From the NCBI GenBank assembly GCA_963803975.1, contig CAWDOY010000047.1, positions 96,001 to 160,000 on the forward strand: DNA of 64,000 nt, in the 5' to 3' direction. Source of the DNA: an uncultured delta proteobacterium. Lineage in GTDB: Bacteria > Desulfobacterota > WTBG01 > CAIYCZ01. Made by a program: the position numbers and the translations under genes. The stretch's first letter is position 1; the number at the start of each line of letters is the position of its first letter. This document shows positions 8,914 to 18,869 of this stretch, piece after piece. The notes under the pieces were generated by a model. That model had not been told where the DNA came from. It did not search any database and was given only the letters and a program-made list of their open reading frames with translations.

Positions 8914-10407
8914 ATGCAGCCCATCGATAACAAACCCGCCCCTGGTGAAAGTGGCCACAATGGCCTTCATCCGTTAGAGGAGACGGTGCTCTCTCTCTCA
9001 ACGGGAAAACTGTATCAGCTTGAGCAGCAGGAAAAGCCCCATCTCTTTGTCATTCCCAAGATAGATGAGGTTGATGAAAAAAAGGCTGCACCTGTTGAAA
9101 CGGTCTCTCGTGATCAATTTGCCTCACTACATACTGCGATTAACGAGGCCATTGAGTTTATCAGCAACCAGATCCTTGGCAGAGAGCAGATTATCCGGCA
9201 GGCCTTTTTTGCCCTGATGACCGGTGAGCACCAGCTTCTCATAAGCCGCACGGGGATGGCCAAATCAATGCTTGCCCGTCAGATTTTTGCCTGCTTTGAT
9301 GGTGCCGTGTTATTTGAAAAACAGCTCACCAAGGATACCATGCCTGACAACCTGTTTGGAGCCTATGATATAGAGGCTATGAAGCGCGGCAAAATGATAC
9401 ACAATGTGGAAGGATCACTGGTTCTGGCCCATTTTGCCTTTCTCGATGAAATCTTTGATGCCAATGACATGCTGCTCAGATCTCTGCTGTCATTGCTCAA
9501 CGAGAAACAGCTGGTTAATGGCGAGCAAATCATCCATTCTTCTCTCCAGAGCGTCATCGCTGCAGCAAACTACATCAGGGTGACAGAAATTCTTGAAGCA
9601 GTACTCGACCGCTTTTTATATAAAAGCTATATCCCGGAAAACAAAAACCTCTACTTCCAGCACTCCATTGACACGGTGTACCAGAATAATTTCGGCACCA
9701 TCCGCATGCCCGACAAGAGACTCAGACTTAAAGACTTTACGGTGGTAAAAGAGTTAATCAAGAGCAGAGCTATCGAGATACCAAACTATATTTTGCTTCT
9801 CAAGAATCATATTCTGCGACAGTACATTGAAGAGACCAGGGAGCAGGTGCCCGACAAACGAAACTTTACCATCAGTGATAGAACAACTGCCAAGTCACAG
9901 GACCTCCTGCGGGCCTCTGCAATCCTTGACGGCCGTTCTCTGGCACAAGAGGCTGACCTTGATAATCTGCATTATATGATGTGCACGCTCGGGAGGGATG
10001 ATGAGAAGGTGCGTTTTACCAAAATCAGTTCAGCGGCACGACGTTATTTTCACCAGGACAAAGAGTTGCTGGAGAACATCTTTGACGGCTTTGGCATTTT
10101 TAACTATCTCAGGGCTTGTAAAGATCCCGAGCTGTTAAAAAGCGATGCAACCTTTAACCCCATAAAAGCACGTCTCGAGAAACTGGTTAAAAAAGAAAGC
10201 TCGGTATTAAGAGACTATCTGGATAAAATTAAAAATAAATTTATCTCCATTCCCCGGAACACCATCATTCCTGAAACCTTTGCGGTCCTGGAAGAAATCT
10301 GCGACCTGTCGCTCAAAGGTGCACGGACAAAAGAGGCACGGGAGATCATTGATGGTTTCAGGCAGGATATTTTTAACGAAAAAAAATTAATTGCTCCGGG
10401 AACGTAA
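8914..10407 (+). CDS. MoxR/RavA-like AAA+ ATPase
   Basis: GEHQLLISRTGMAKS (Walker A variant), FAFLDEIF (Walker B), AVLDRF and ISDR motifs typical of RavA; followed by a VWA gene. Confidence 0.8.
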   Translation: MQPIDNKPAPGESGHNGLHPLEETVLSLSTGKLYQLEQQEKPHLFVIPKIDEVDEKKAAPVETVSRDQFASLHTAINEAIEFISNQILGREQIIRQAFFALMTGEHQLLISRTGMAKSMLARQIFACFDGAVLFEKQLTKDTMPDNLFGAYDIEAMKRGKMIHNVEGSLVLAHFAFLDEIFDANDMLLRSLLSLLNEKQLVNGEQIIHSSLQSVIAAANYIRVTEILEAVLDRFLYKSYIPENKNLYFQHSIDTVYQNNFGTIRMPDKRLRLKDFTVVKELIKSRAIEIPNYILLLKNHILRQYIEETREQVPDKRNFTISDRTTAKSQDLLRASAILDGRSLAQEADLDNLHYMMCTLGRDDEKVRFTKISSAARRYFHQDKELLENIFDGFGIFNYLRACKDPELLKSDATFNPIKARLEKLVKKESSVLRDYLDKIKNKFISIPRNTIIPETFAVLEEICDLSLKGARTKEAREIIDGFRQDIFNEKKLIAPGT

Positions 10408-10429
10408 CCCACAGGCCTCATGTGTTTCC

Positions 10430-12025
10430 ATGCAGCACGATCCGCTTCTATCACAGCTCAGCTTTTATATCCCGTCATGGGGAACACGCAACAGCTCTAA
10501 CCTCAACTTCCCGCCTGAACTCGTCAAGATATTCTATATCGCCCGGGTCATCTTTAGCGACCATAGTACGCTCAAGATAAAAAACCAGGTTTCTCCGCTC
10601 TTCAGCAGAAGCCGGATATTTTCTTCCAGCACGCACCCATCTCTGCAGCAGCAGGCGCGACAGCAGATCACGCCCATGGACAATTCCCTGCAAATTGGCA
10701 AGATGACCCTCATGAGCGATATTTCCCGTCTTATCCCTCGTGAGCATACCATCTACACGGAAAACATTTTTTATAAAAAGCTCCTCAACCGTGAGCTCAT
10801 CAAGATCATCTACCAGGGAGCCCGCGAGGAGGCGGTATCCGTTGATACGTTTGTCGGCCGCGAGGAGGCTGAGCTCAACAGGAGTCAAAAAGTATATATT
10901 CTCTTCGACAATTCCACTTCAATGAATGGTGAGAGTTTTAACAAGATTTTTGCCGCCAAGGCTATTGCCATAGAATATCTGCGAAAAGTATCGGGGGAAT
11001 CCCCGCAGATCTATTTTCGCTCGTTTCACAGTGACGTGGGAGATGCTGTGAAGGCCCGTACCAGCGGCGAAATATACCGGCTCATCGACCATATCACACG
11101 CCTGCAGACTGGCGGCGGGCACATAACAAATATCGGCTCTGCTGTTGAGCAGGCACTGGAAGATATTCAAAAGGATCCTGAGCTGAGAGAGGCCGAAATA
11201 CTGGTGCTGACTGATGGTTTCGGCCCGGTGTCAAATGATCTGAAGGCGCGGCTGGGCAGCATCAAGCTCCATGTTATTCTTATCCCCGACCTTGATATTG
11301 CAAAAATTCTTGAGCTCTATCCGGATCGTAAAACCTGGGAAGACGGCGGCCCGCAGGGAACGCGACCCATGCCCGAGTTCTGGCAGTATTACAGCAAAGA
11401 ACCTCCCCCGCTGCGCCTTGAGGGAGATCTGTACGAGAATACTGTTCGTTCCTACGAGACAGCCGGGAAATCCGTCAAGGAGCTTAAAAGGCAGGAAATC
11501 CTCCAGGGCCTTAACCAGATTTATACCATACGGGAGCACTGTGAAAATTTTATCTTTGTGGTCATAACCGCTTTGTTTGGTGAAACCTTCAAGTGCTACG
11601 AAGAGGATATCAACAGCATGGCGGCAGCCATAGAGGAGCTTAAGCAGCTCTCAATTGAGCAGCTGACGCATAATGAAAAACTTTCCCTGCTGCAGACCCT
11701 GAATTTTATGTCAGAGCTGCTCCTGCTGGCCATGGAGCGTGCAGCAAAAAAGACCATGAAAGCACGCATCCGCGGACTGCTGCAAGTGGTGGGCATACTG
11801 AAGGCACGTCTTCTTGCCGACCCGTGGCTGTTATCCACAATCAAGGTTGCCGATGATCATGTTGATATAAAATTTACAACCACCATGTCCTCTTTTTTCA
11901 AAGATTTGCCGCTTGGTAAAGCCCTGGCCATGCTGATCAAGTTTCTCTGGCAGACATTCCGCGAATCAGCGCAGAGGTTTTTTGCCCCGTTAAGGAAATT
12001 TCACATCAGACAGGAAAAAGTCTAA
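10430..12025 (+). CDS. VWA-domain protein (ViaA-like partner of the AAA+ ATPase); start uncertain (10391 TTG possible)
   Basis: MIDAS elements ILFDNSTSM, GGGHITNI and ILVLTDG. Confidence 0.78.
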   Translation: MQHDPLLSQLSFYIPSWGTRNSSNLNFPPELVKIFYIARVIFSDHSTLKIKNQVSPLFSRSRIFSSSTHPSLQQQARQQITPMDNSLQIGKMTLMSDISRLIPREHTIYTENIFYKKLLNRELIKIIYQGAREEAVSVDTFVGREEAELNRSQKVYILFDNSTSMNGESFNKIFAAKAIAIEYLRKVSGESPQIYFRSFHSDVGDAVKARTSGEIYRLIDHITRLQTGGGHITNIGSAVEQALEDIQKDPELREAEILVLTDGFGPVSNDLKARLGSIKLHVILIPDLDIAKILELYPDRKTWEDGGPQGTRPMPEFWQYYSKEPPPLRLEGDLYENTVRSYETAGKSVKELKRQEILQGLNQIYTIREHCENFIFVVITALFGETFKCYEEDINSMAAAIEELKQLSIEQLTHNEKLSLLQTLNFMSELLLLAMERAAKKTMKARIRGLLQVVGILKARLLADPWLLSTIKVADDHVDIKFTTTMSSFFKDLPLGKALAMLIKFLWQTFRESAQRFFAPLRKFHIRQEKV

Positions 12026-12104
12026 ATTGTTATTCTCGCCCGGATATGATATTTTGTGAAGAGTTATTTACGCACTATACTTGCAGGAGAAAGGATACGC
12101 TGAC

Positions 12105-13556
12105 ATGGAAATTACCCCCAGCCCCAGTTACAGCATCACTATCAGGATCGAGCTTGAGCATAAGCCGGGCATGTTTGCGCGGGTTGCGGAAGCCATTGGC
12201 AAGGCGGGAGGCTCTCTTGGCTCCATTGATATAGTCGCCCGCTCCAGAGAAAAAACAGTTCGCGACGTTACCGTGGAGGCCCGGGACCATCTGCATGAAA
12301 AACAGATCGTCAGTTCGCTGAACATGGTTGCCGGCAGCCGTGTTATTGATGTCTCGGATGTAACGTTCTTATCACACCTTGGCGGAAAAATTGAAGTGGT
12401 GAATAAACTGCAGCTTAACAAGCGGGAAAACCTCGCCATTGCCTATACGCCCGGTGTTGCCCGCATCTGTACTGCCATCCATAAAGACCCTGAAAAAGCG
12501 TACAGCCTGACCATCAAGAAAAACACGGTTGCCGTGGTTTCAGACGGAACCGCCGTGCTGGGGCTGGGAGATATCGGCCCGGAGGCAGCAATGCCGGTCA
12601 TGGAGGGCAAGGCAATGCTGTTTAAAGAGTTCGGCGGCGTTGATGCGTTTCCCATCTGTCTCAGCACCAAGGACCCTGATGAGATAATTAAAACAGTGAA
12701 ATATATCTCTCCCGGCTTCGGAGGAATAAACCTTGAAGACATTTCCTCACCCCGCTGCTTTGAGATTGAAACCAGGCTGCAGGCAGAGCTGGACATTCCC
12801 GTGTTTCACGATGACCAGCACGGAACAGCCGTCGTAGTGCTTGCTGCTTTGTACAATGCCTTGAAGATCGTCGGCAAGAAAATGGAGAATTTAAAAGTGG
12901 TGGTAAGCGGCGTGGGTGCAGCAGGGGTTGCCTGCACCAAAATTATCATGCTCGCCGGTGTGCACAACATCATTGGGGCAGATCGGGCCGGAGCGATTTA
13001 CAAGGGTAGAACCGAAAACATGAATCAGGTAAAGGAATGGTTTGCCGATCACACGAATGCGGATCGCGTCACCGGCAGTCTTGCTGAATGTATGAAGGGA
13101 GCCGATGTCTTTATTGGTGTTTCTTCACCAGGACTTTTAACAGCGGCTGACCTTAAGAAAATGGCAAAAGATTCGATAGTCTTTGCCATGGCCAATCCTG
13201 TTCCCGAAATCATGCCGGAGGAAGCACTGCCCTACGTGCGCATTATGGCAACGGGAAGATCCGACTATCCAAACCAGATCAACAATGTGCTCTGCTTTCC
13301 GGGGATTTTCAAGGGGGCGCTGCGCTGTTGCGCACGGCAGATTAATGAGGATATGAAACTTGCTGCAGCCCGTGCCATAGCCTCATGCATCCCCGAGGAT
13401 GAACTAAATGAAGATGAGATTATACCGTCGGTGTATAACCGGATGGTTGCAGATAAGGTGGCGGATGAAGTGGAAAGAGTAGCTGTTGCTGCAGGCCTTG
13501 CCAGAAAACATCCCAGCGACCACTCGCTCTTCGAGGTGTCAAATATTCAGAGCTGA
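12105..13556 (+). CDS. NAD(P)-dependent malic enzyme with N-terminal ACT domain
   Basis: AYTPGVA, VSDGTAVLGLGDIG, MEGKAMLFK, INLEDI, FHDDQHGT and ATGRSDYPNQINN motifs; ACT-like HKPGMFARV N-terminus. Confidence 0.92.
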   Translation: MEITPSPSYSITIRIELEHKPGMFARVAEAIGKAGGSLGSIDIVARSREKTVRDVTVEARDHLHEKQIVSSLNMVAGSRVIDVSDVTFLSHLGGKIEVVNKLQLNKRENLAIAYTPGVARICTAIHKDPEKAYSLTIKKNTVAVVSDGTAVLGLGDIGPEAAMPVMEGKAMLFKEFGGVDAFPICLSTKDPDEIIKTVKYISPGFGGINLEDISSPRCFEIETRLQAELDIPVFHDDQHGTAVVVLAALYNALKIVGKKMENLKVVVSGVGAAGVACTKIIMLAGVHNIIGADRAGAIYKGRTENMNQVKEWFADHTNADRVTGSLAECMKGADVFIGVSSPGLLTAADLKKMAKDSIVFAMANPVPEIMPEEALPYVRIMATGRSDYPNQINNVLCFPGIFKGALRCCARQINEDMKLAAARAIASCIPEDELNEDEIIPSVYNRMVADKVADEVERVAVAAGLARKHPSDHSLFEVSNIQS

Positions 13557-13598
13557 TAGTCCCGAATAAAGCGCCGTTTATGTTTGCCGGCACACCGC

Positions 13599-14753
13599 CT
13601 ATTCTTTCTCCCAGTAGGGAAGAATGCGGTTTATAATGTACATGGTCACAAACGGCATGGCAAAAAGAATCAGCGCCACCAGCAGCCCTTCCCTGCCTAA
13701 AAAACTCGGCATATAACTGGTGAACCCCCGCAGGCTTTTTGAAAAAAGCTGCCCGCCGACAACCACATTCCAGCGCATGGCAAGCACCTGTATAAGCAGC
13801 AGCACCGATGAAATAATGCCCAGCGTATTGCGCGTTGATTCTTTGAGCTTCCAGAGAGAAACTATGCCCAGCATCACCATCGGGATGGTAGAGCAGACGA
13901 TCAACTGCAGAACGACATAGCTGAACTGCAGCCTGCCGCCGATGAGTTGGGAAATAGCCGACCAGGACTCCTCCCCTTCATAGCCCATGCTGAGAAGTTC
14001 CAGAAGTTCAAGGGTCACGTCGACAATAAAGAATCCCCACAGATAGCCGCAGAGTGACTGCATGCAGGCCGAGTCAACCGTCTTTCCCCTCAGCTTCATA
14101 ATAATGGCATATGATACGATAAGCACCGCGATGCCTGAAACGATTGCTGACATGAGAAAGATGACCGGCATCAGCGGCGTTGACCACCACGGATTTGATT
14201 TAAGCGAGCCGAACAGAAAACCCACATATCCATGCAGCACACACGCTGAGGGAATGCCAACGGCGGCAAGAAATGTTGTTATCTTATGATCCAGGTGCAG
14301 CGCCTTCTCCGACACGTCAAACACGCCCAGAGACAGCACAGAGTAGAATAATTTCTTCAGCCCAATGCTCTCCTGAGCCAGTCTCACCATATCCGGCCGG
14401 AATACAAACCAGATTTCAAGAGCCACAATAATCAGATAAAAAGTGTAGATGTAACCAAACCCTGACATGGCAGATGTGAACTTGGGTGTGAACATGATGT
14501 TGAACGCCCGCTCCGGATGGCCGAGATGAAAGAGAAGCGGTGTGCAGGCAAAAAGCAGGAACGAAAAGGCGGCAACAAGCGCAAACCTGGCAACAGGTTT
14601 AAGCTCTTCCCTGCCGAATACATGGTAGAGAGAAGAAACAATGAATGCCCCAGCGACAAGCCCGGTAATATACGGATACAGAACAATCAGCAGACTCCAG
14701 AGCACTTCCACTTCATTGGGATATAAAAACCCCTGGGTTACGGCCTCAAGCAT
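13599..14753 (-). CDS. NrfD/PsrC-family polytopic quinone-interacting membrane subunit
   Basis: YPYITGLVAGAF, HLGHPER, LHGYVGFLF and RWNVVVGGQ motifs; about 9-10 TM helices. Confidence 0.88.
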   Translation of the reverse strand: MLEAVTQGFLYPNEVEVLWSLLIVLYPYITGLVAGAFIVSSLYHVFGREELKPVARFALVAAFSFLLFACTPLLFHLGHPERAFNIMFTPKFTSAMSGFGYIYTFYLIIVALEIWFVFRPDMVRLAQESIGLKKLFYSVLSLGVFDVSEKALHLDHKITTFLAAVGIPSACVLHGYVGFLFGSLKSNPWWSTPLMPVIFLMSAIVSGIAVLIVSYAIIMKLRGKTVDSACMQSLCGYLWGFFIVDVTLELLELLSMGYEGEESWSAISQLIGGRLQFSYVVLQLIVCSTIPMVMLGIVSLWKLKESTRNTLGIISSVLLLIQVLAMRWNVVVGGQLFSKSLRGFTSYMPSFLGREGLLVALILFAMPFVTMYIINRILPYWEKE

Positions 14754-15499
14754 TATCGTACCTCCTTATCCAGGCCCACGTAAAATGTCTTCGGGCTGTT
14801 GCCGGTTTCCGGTTTGAGCACGCCGATCCGTTCTTCACGTAAAATCCGGGCAACCCGGCTTTCCGGGTCTTTCAGGCTGCCAAACAGCCGCGCTTCAACG
14901 GGACACACCACAACGCAGGCCGGCATAAGGCCCTTCTTTACCCGGTGATAACACCAGGTGCATTTATCAGCCGTTCGACGCTCGGGGTGAATGTAGCGCG
15001 CACCATACGGGCATGCCTGCACACAGTAGCCGCATCCCACACAGTGTTTCTCATCGACCAGCACCACACCCTCTTTGGTGGTATAGGTTGCACCCACCGG
15101 ACATACCTGAACGCAGTTAGCCTCGGTACAGTGGTTGCACAGCTTGGGAACAAAAAATGACTTTTCAATTTTTTCTTTTACTTCGGTATCTTTAAAACCA
15201 TGCACAGCGCCGTGGGGCGAGTCCACATAAACCGTATCGTCAGCAGTGATGATATATCTCTCAACCCAGGTCCGGAAGAACTCTTCAGGCACGTGGTTTT
15301 CAGTTTTGCATGCCTGTACACATTTGCCGCACCCGATACACCGGTGAGTATCCACTATAAACCCGTAGAGTTCATGCGATGAACCTTTCTGCATGGCCCT
15401 TCCCGCAGCAGGGAAAAAAGAGCCCACAGAAACCAGAATACCGCTCCCTAATAGAGTCCATCCTGTCTGTTTAATAAATTTTCTGCGATCTGCATTCAT
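14753..15499 (-). CDS. Tat-exported 4x[4Fe-4S] ferredoxin (NrfC/DmsB family)
   Basis: DRRKFIK Tat motif; CIGCGKCVQAC, CNHCTEANCVQVCP, CVGCGYCVQACP and CTWC...CVVVCP. Confidence 0.92.
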   Translation of the reverse strand: MNADRRKFIKQTGWTLLGSGILVSVGSFFPAAGRAMQKGSSHELYGFIVDTHRCIGCGKCVQACKTENHVPEEFFRTWVERYIITADDTVYVDSPHGAVHGFKDTEVKEKIEKSFFVPKLCNHCTEANCVQVCPVGATYTTKEGVVLVDEKHCVGCGYCVQACPYGARYIHPERRTADKCTWCYHRVKKGLMPACVVVCPVEARLFGSLKDPESRVARILREERIGVLKPETGNSPKTFYVGLDKEVR

Positions 15500-15547
15500 A
15501 TCGTTATCCCTTGTAAACACTCTTGTCCTGATATAATGCCACGTCTT

Positions 15548-16030
15548 TTACAGAGGCACATGCGGGTTATGGCAGTCAATGCATTTTAAGTCGGGCTCAA
15601 ATGCTTCTTCCTGGTCTTTCATGTGCTGGGCGAAGGAGTTTATTTGCGGAAGAAAATCAGGCCGGCCAATAACCTTTTCATGGCAGCTCATGCACGATTC
15701 CACCGTGGTGTCTCGGGGCACTGTATCTTTGGTATTCTTGTTGTGCGCCTGCCAGAATCCATGGCATGCTTCACAGGCAACCGCAGCATGACCCCCTGCC
15801 CGGGAGTCCTTGATTAATTTTTCATGGCACTTGGCACATTTTTCTGTGCCCTGATAGAGAGCGTACATGTTTTCCTGCTCTGCATCAGAATCGCCCCGGT
15901 GATAGCCGTACTGGTAACTTCCGTAGGTCCCGAAAGACTCGGGAACGAAAAAACCACGGACTATAAAAAAACCAATCACGACGGCTATCAGCACAACACA
16001 TAACCTGATGATATGATTAAAATGCCCCAT
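15548..16030 (-). CDS. Membrane-anchored tetraheme c-type cytochrome
   Basis: N-terminal TM helix; CAKCH, CEACH, CMSCH and CIDCH. Confidence 0.9.
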   Translation of the reverse strand: MGHFNHIIRLCVVLIAVVIGFFIVRGFFVPESFGTYGSYQYGYHRGDSDAEQENMYALYQGTEKCAKCHEKLIKDSRAGGHAAVACEACHGFWQAHNKNTKDTVPRDTTVESCMSCHEKVIGRPDFLPQINSFAQHMKDQEEAFEPDLKCIDCHNPHVPL

Positions 16031-16184
16031 GAATGCCTCTCAATATGTTGCAACTAATCTTCTTAAATGCCAATTTGGCAAAAGATCATTGAAATTGCGT
16101 TCGCTATTGCAGGATACCTGATATCCAACTAATTTTAATTCCTATACTTTTAAACCAGAAGGAGAAATAATTTAGTATATAATT

Positions 16185-16200
16185 AGCATGTACTGTGCCA
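16185..16200 (-). promoter_or_regulatory. Sigma54 promoter of the cytochrome c-nrfC-nrfD operon
   Basis: Minus strand TGGCACAGTACATGCT (GG-N10-GC), about 155 bp upstream of the start codon. Confidence 0.55.
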
Positions 16201-16387
16201 TAAAATACTATCCCTATGGTTTAGAAAATCCCTCAATTCCTCCTTACAAAGAGTCCGCCTTTTTTTAATGCTGGGTGTTTAGCAGGGATACCGGATAGTA
16301 TGTTGAGAGCAGAGTACAAACAAAAGATTATTTTTTCAAGTTAAATAGTAGCTGCTATTCTGCGACTGGCTCCAGGAACAAAGTTTC

Positions 16388-16417
16388 TTGACACTCGCGG
16401 TAAAACATGTTTAAATT
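16388..16417 (+). promoter_or_regulatory. Sigma70 promoter of tRNA-Pro
   Basis: TTGACA at 16388-16393, followed 17-18 nt later by TTAAAT/TAAATT. Confidence 0.5.
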
Positions 16418-16433
16418 CAATAAGTCCAACAAG

Positions 16434-16511
<78 letters not shown>

Positions 16512-16519
16512 GTAAAATC

Positions 16520-16552
16520 AAGCACTTAGCAGCACATGCTGAGTGCTTTTTT
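16520..16552 (+). terminator. Intrinsic terminator after the tRNA
   Basis: aagcacttagca-gcaca-tgctgagtgctt followed by a T-run. Confidence 0.7.
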
Positions 16553-16683
16553 AGTGTCCACTGTATAGTAATTGTATAGTAGACATGAGATGACAGTTAA
16601 TTTCTCACGCAAAAAAGCGGAGCCAATTAATTACTGACTCCGCTTTTGTTGTGTAAATTCAGTTTTTGCTATCCACGAACTCC

Positions 16684-18036
16684 CTAATCCCAAAACCCTA
16701 ATATAAGCCTCGGCGTTGCACTCACTGGCCCATGCATAGTTGAGTTGCCATTCAGGTCTATGTCTTCCAGTTTGTAGTAATAGGTCTTTCTGTTCTTCAC
16801 ATCCGTTATCAATAAACTCATAATGATGCACCTTGGATGGATGAACCTTGGGCGGGGATTAATGATGCATTTATTTTGGTGTATTTACCATCTTCTGATT
16901 CAGAGCGGTAGAGGTTGAAACCAGCGTTGTCGATTTCGGATTCTGTTGTCCATTGAATAATTTTTGCTTCTTTAGGTGTAGCAGTAAAAGAAGACAAATT
17001 AATGAGTGTTGCTGGTGCAGTTGTTGTGGTCGTAGATTGCTGTATAGTTGTAGTGGTTGATGTTGTTTCAGTCACATATTCATACACCCCCATATCATAA
17101 CCAGCACCTTGGGGTCTTTGAGTACCTTCTATATCAATAGATGGAGCGCCACTGCTCGTTCCACTATCAATACAGAGGGAAACAGGCTGCAGGTGGAAAT
17201 CTCCGGGCACCCAATAATCATCCCCTATAGATGCAGTACCATTAACATTCCAGAACCCGGCATAACAAATTGAGGGTTACTGCTAATTTCCCCGTGCCAG
17301 TCCATCCACCGTAATGTCTGAGTAGGAAACGGTAACGAAAATGCTCGAAATTGTATCGGGAAGTCCGTTTGCTGTATTTCCCCAGATTATTGTGTTAATG
17401 ACCAGAGCAGGGCCGCAGAATCTTCCGGCGCCTCTTGCATCGGAAAGTTCCGCCATTATCCGCTCTGTTTTGAGATATAGTACAATTCACAATGGTTGGT
17501 GAACCCTCGCTATATATTCCTCCTCCTCCATAAGCGCATAAATTACCACTAATAATACAATTTATAATAAGCGGAGCCCCGTCATAACAATAAATCCCTG
17601 CTCCATAGACTGAGCGTCCACCATATATAAAACAATTTGAAATAGTTGGTGAGGCGTTATAGCAACTTATATTACCTCCTTCGAAATTCAATCCATGAAC
17701 GATGGTAAAGCCATCAAGCACTGTGTCACGTCCCAGTCCTGAACCAAATGCTACAGCACTGGTGAAACCACTACTACTACTCTGTGCGGCATCAATAATA
17801 GTTCTGCCCGAACCATTCACTGATTTAACAATCAGCTTTTTGCTTACAATTATTGTCTCATGGTAGGTGCCATCATAGACTAAAATTGTATCTCCGGTGG
17901 TAGCAGCAGTTATTGCAGACTGTATAATGGTGAATGGCTTGCCACTTCCTACCTCAAGGGTTGCCGCATTTATGCTTGAAGAAACTGATATTACTATTAC
18001 CGCGACTGCTAAAAGAATGTTCTTTCGTGTTTTCAT
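16684..18036 (-). CDS. Exported right-handed beta-helix (pectin-lyase-like) protein with choice-of-anchor-Q-like segment, Thr-rich linker and shared C-terminal domain; several frameshifts
   Basis: Signal peptide; PFTIIQSAITAATTGDTILVYDGTYHETI; GGGIY/PTIVNCTIS repeats; GDFHLQPVSLCIDSG...DIEGTQRPQGAGYDMGVYEY; TLINLSSFTATP...YKLEDIDLNGNSTMHGPVSATPRLILGFWD* assembled across frames. Confidence 0.75.
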
Positions 18037-18051
18037 CTTTTGTTCCCTCCT

Positions 18052-18853
18052 CTAATTCACACTAATAGTTTTGTTAAATTTCTGGAATAGTCCCCAAACC
18101 CACTTGGTGTAGCACTCACCGGACCACGCATGGTTGACTTACCGTTCAGGTCTATGTCTTCCAGCTTGTAGTAGTAGGTTTTTCTGTTCTTCACTTCAGT
18201 ATCAATAAATTCATATGACGCACCCTGGGTGGATGAGCCTTGAGCAGGAATTAGTGAGTCATTGATCTTGATATAATCACCATCCTCTGTTTCAGAACGG
18301 TAGAGGTCGAAGCCAGCATTGCCAATTTCTGCCTCTGTTGACGTATTGAATAATGACTGTGCTGAATTGTAGGTGTAGCAGTAAAAGAAGACAAATTAAT
18401 GAGTGTTGGTGGTGTAGTTGTGGTGGTCGTAGATTGCTGTATGGTTGTTGTGGCGGCGGTATCACATATTACATCCCAATTTCCATATCCGCTTCCGTAA
18501 CACCGTTCAGGATGAGCGCCACACGTAGATGCTCCACCACCATGTATATTCCAGCAAAAAGTCCAGATGCCACTGATACTGACAAAGTTTGAACACTCAA
18601 GTCCCAAACCTTCGATATAGTCTGATTAACAACCGCTGGACCAAGCAGGTTGCTGGACCTTGCAAATACTGGATACTGGAATAATTGCTGAGTATGCTTC
18701 ATACGCAGCCTGCTGAGTTTTTGAGGTTTCGTTAGTTTGTCTGGACCCACTTCTGTCACCTGTCCACACAATGCTACATCCTGCTGATGCCTGCGTAATG
18801 TGAAAACCAAAGAGTATGAAAACAATCAGAAATAAAAAAATTATCTTTTTCAT
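18052..18853 (-). CDS. Exported Cys-rich protein with Thr linker and shared C-terminal domain; frameshifted
   Basis: RBS GAGGAGG and signal peptide ...QASA|GCSIVWTGD. Continues in ORF 18251-18607 (WDVICD-TTT-TLINLSSFTATP) and on to YKLEDIDLNGKSTMRGPVSATP. Confidence 0.72.
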
Positions 18854-18869
18854 AATTGTCCTCCTCTTG

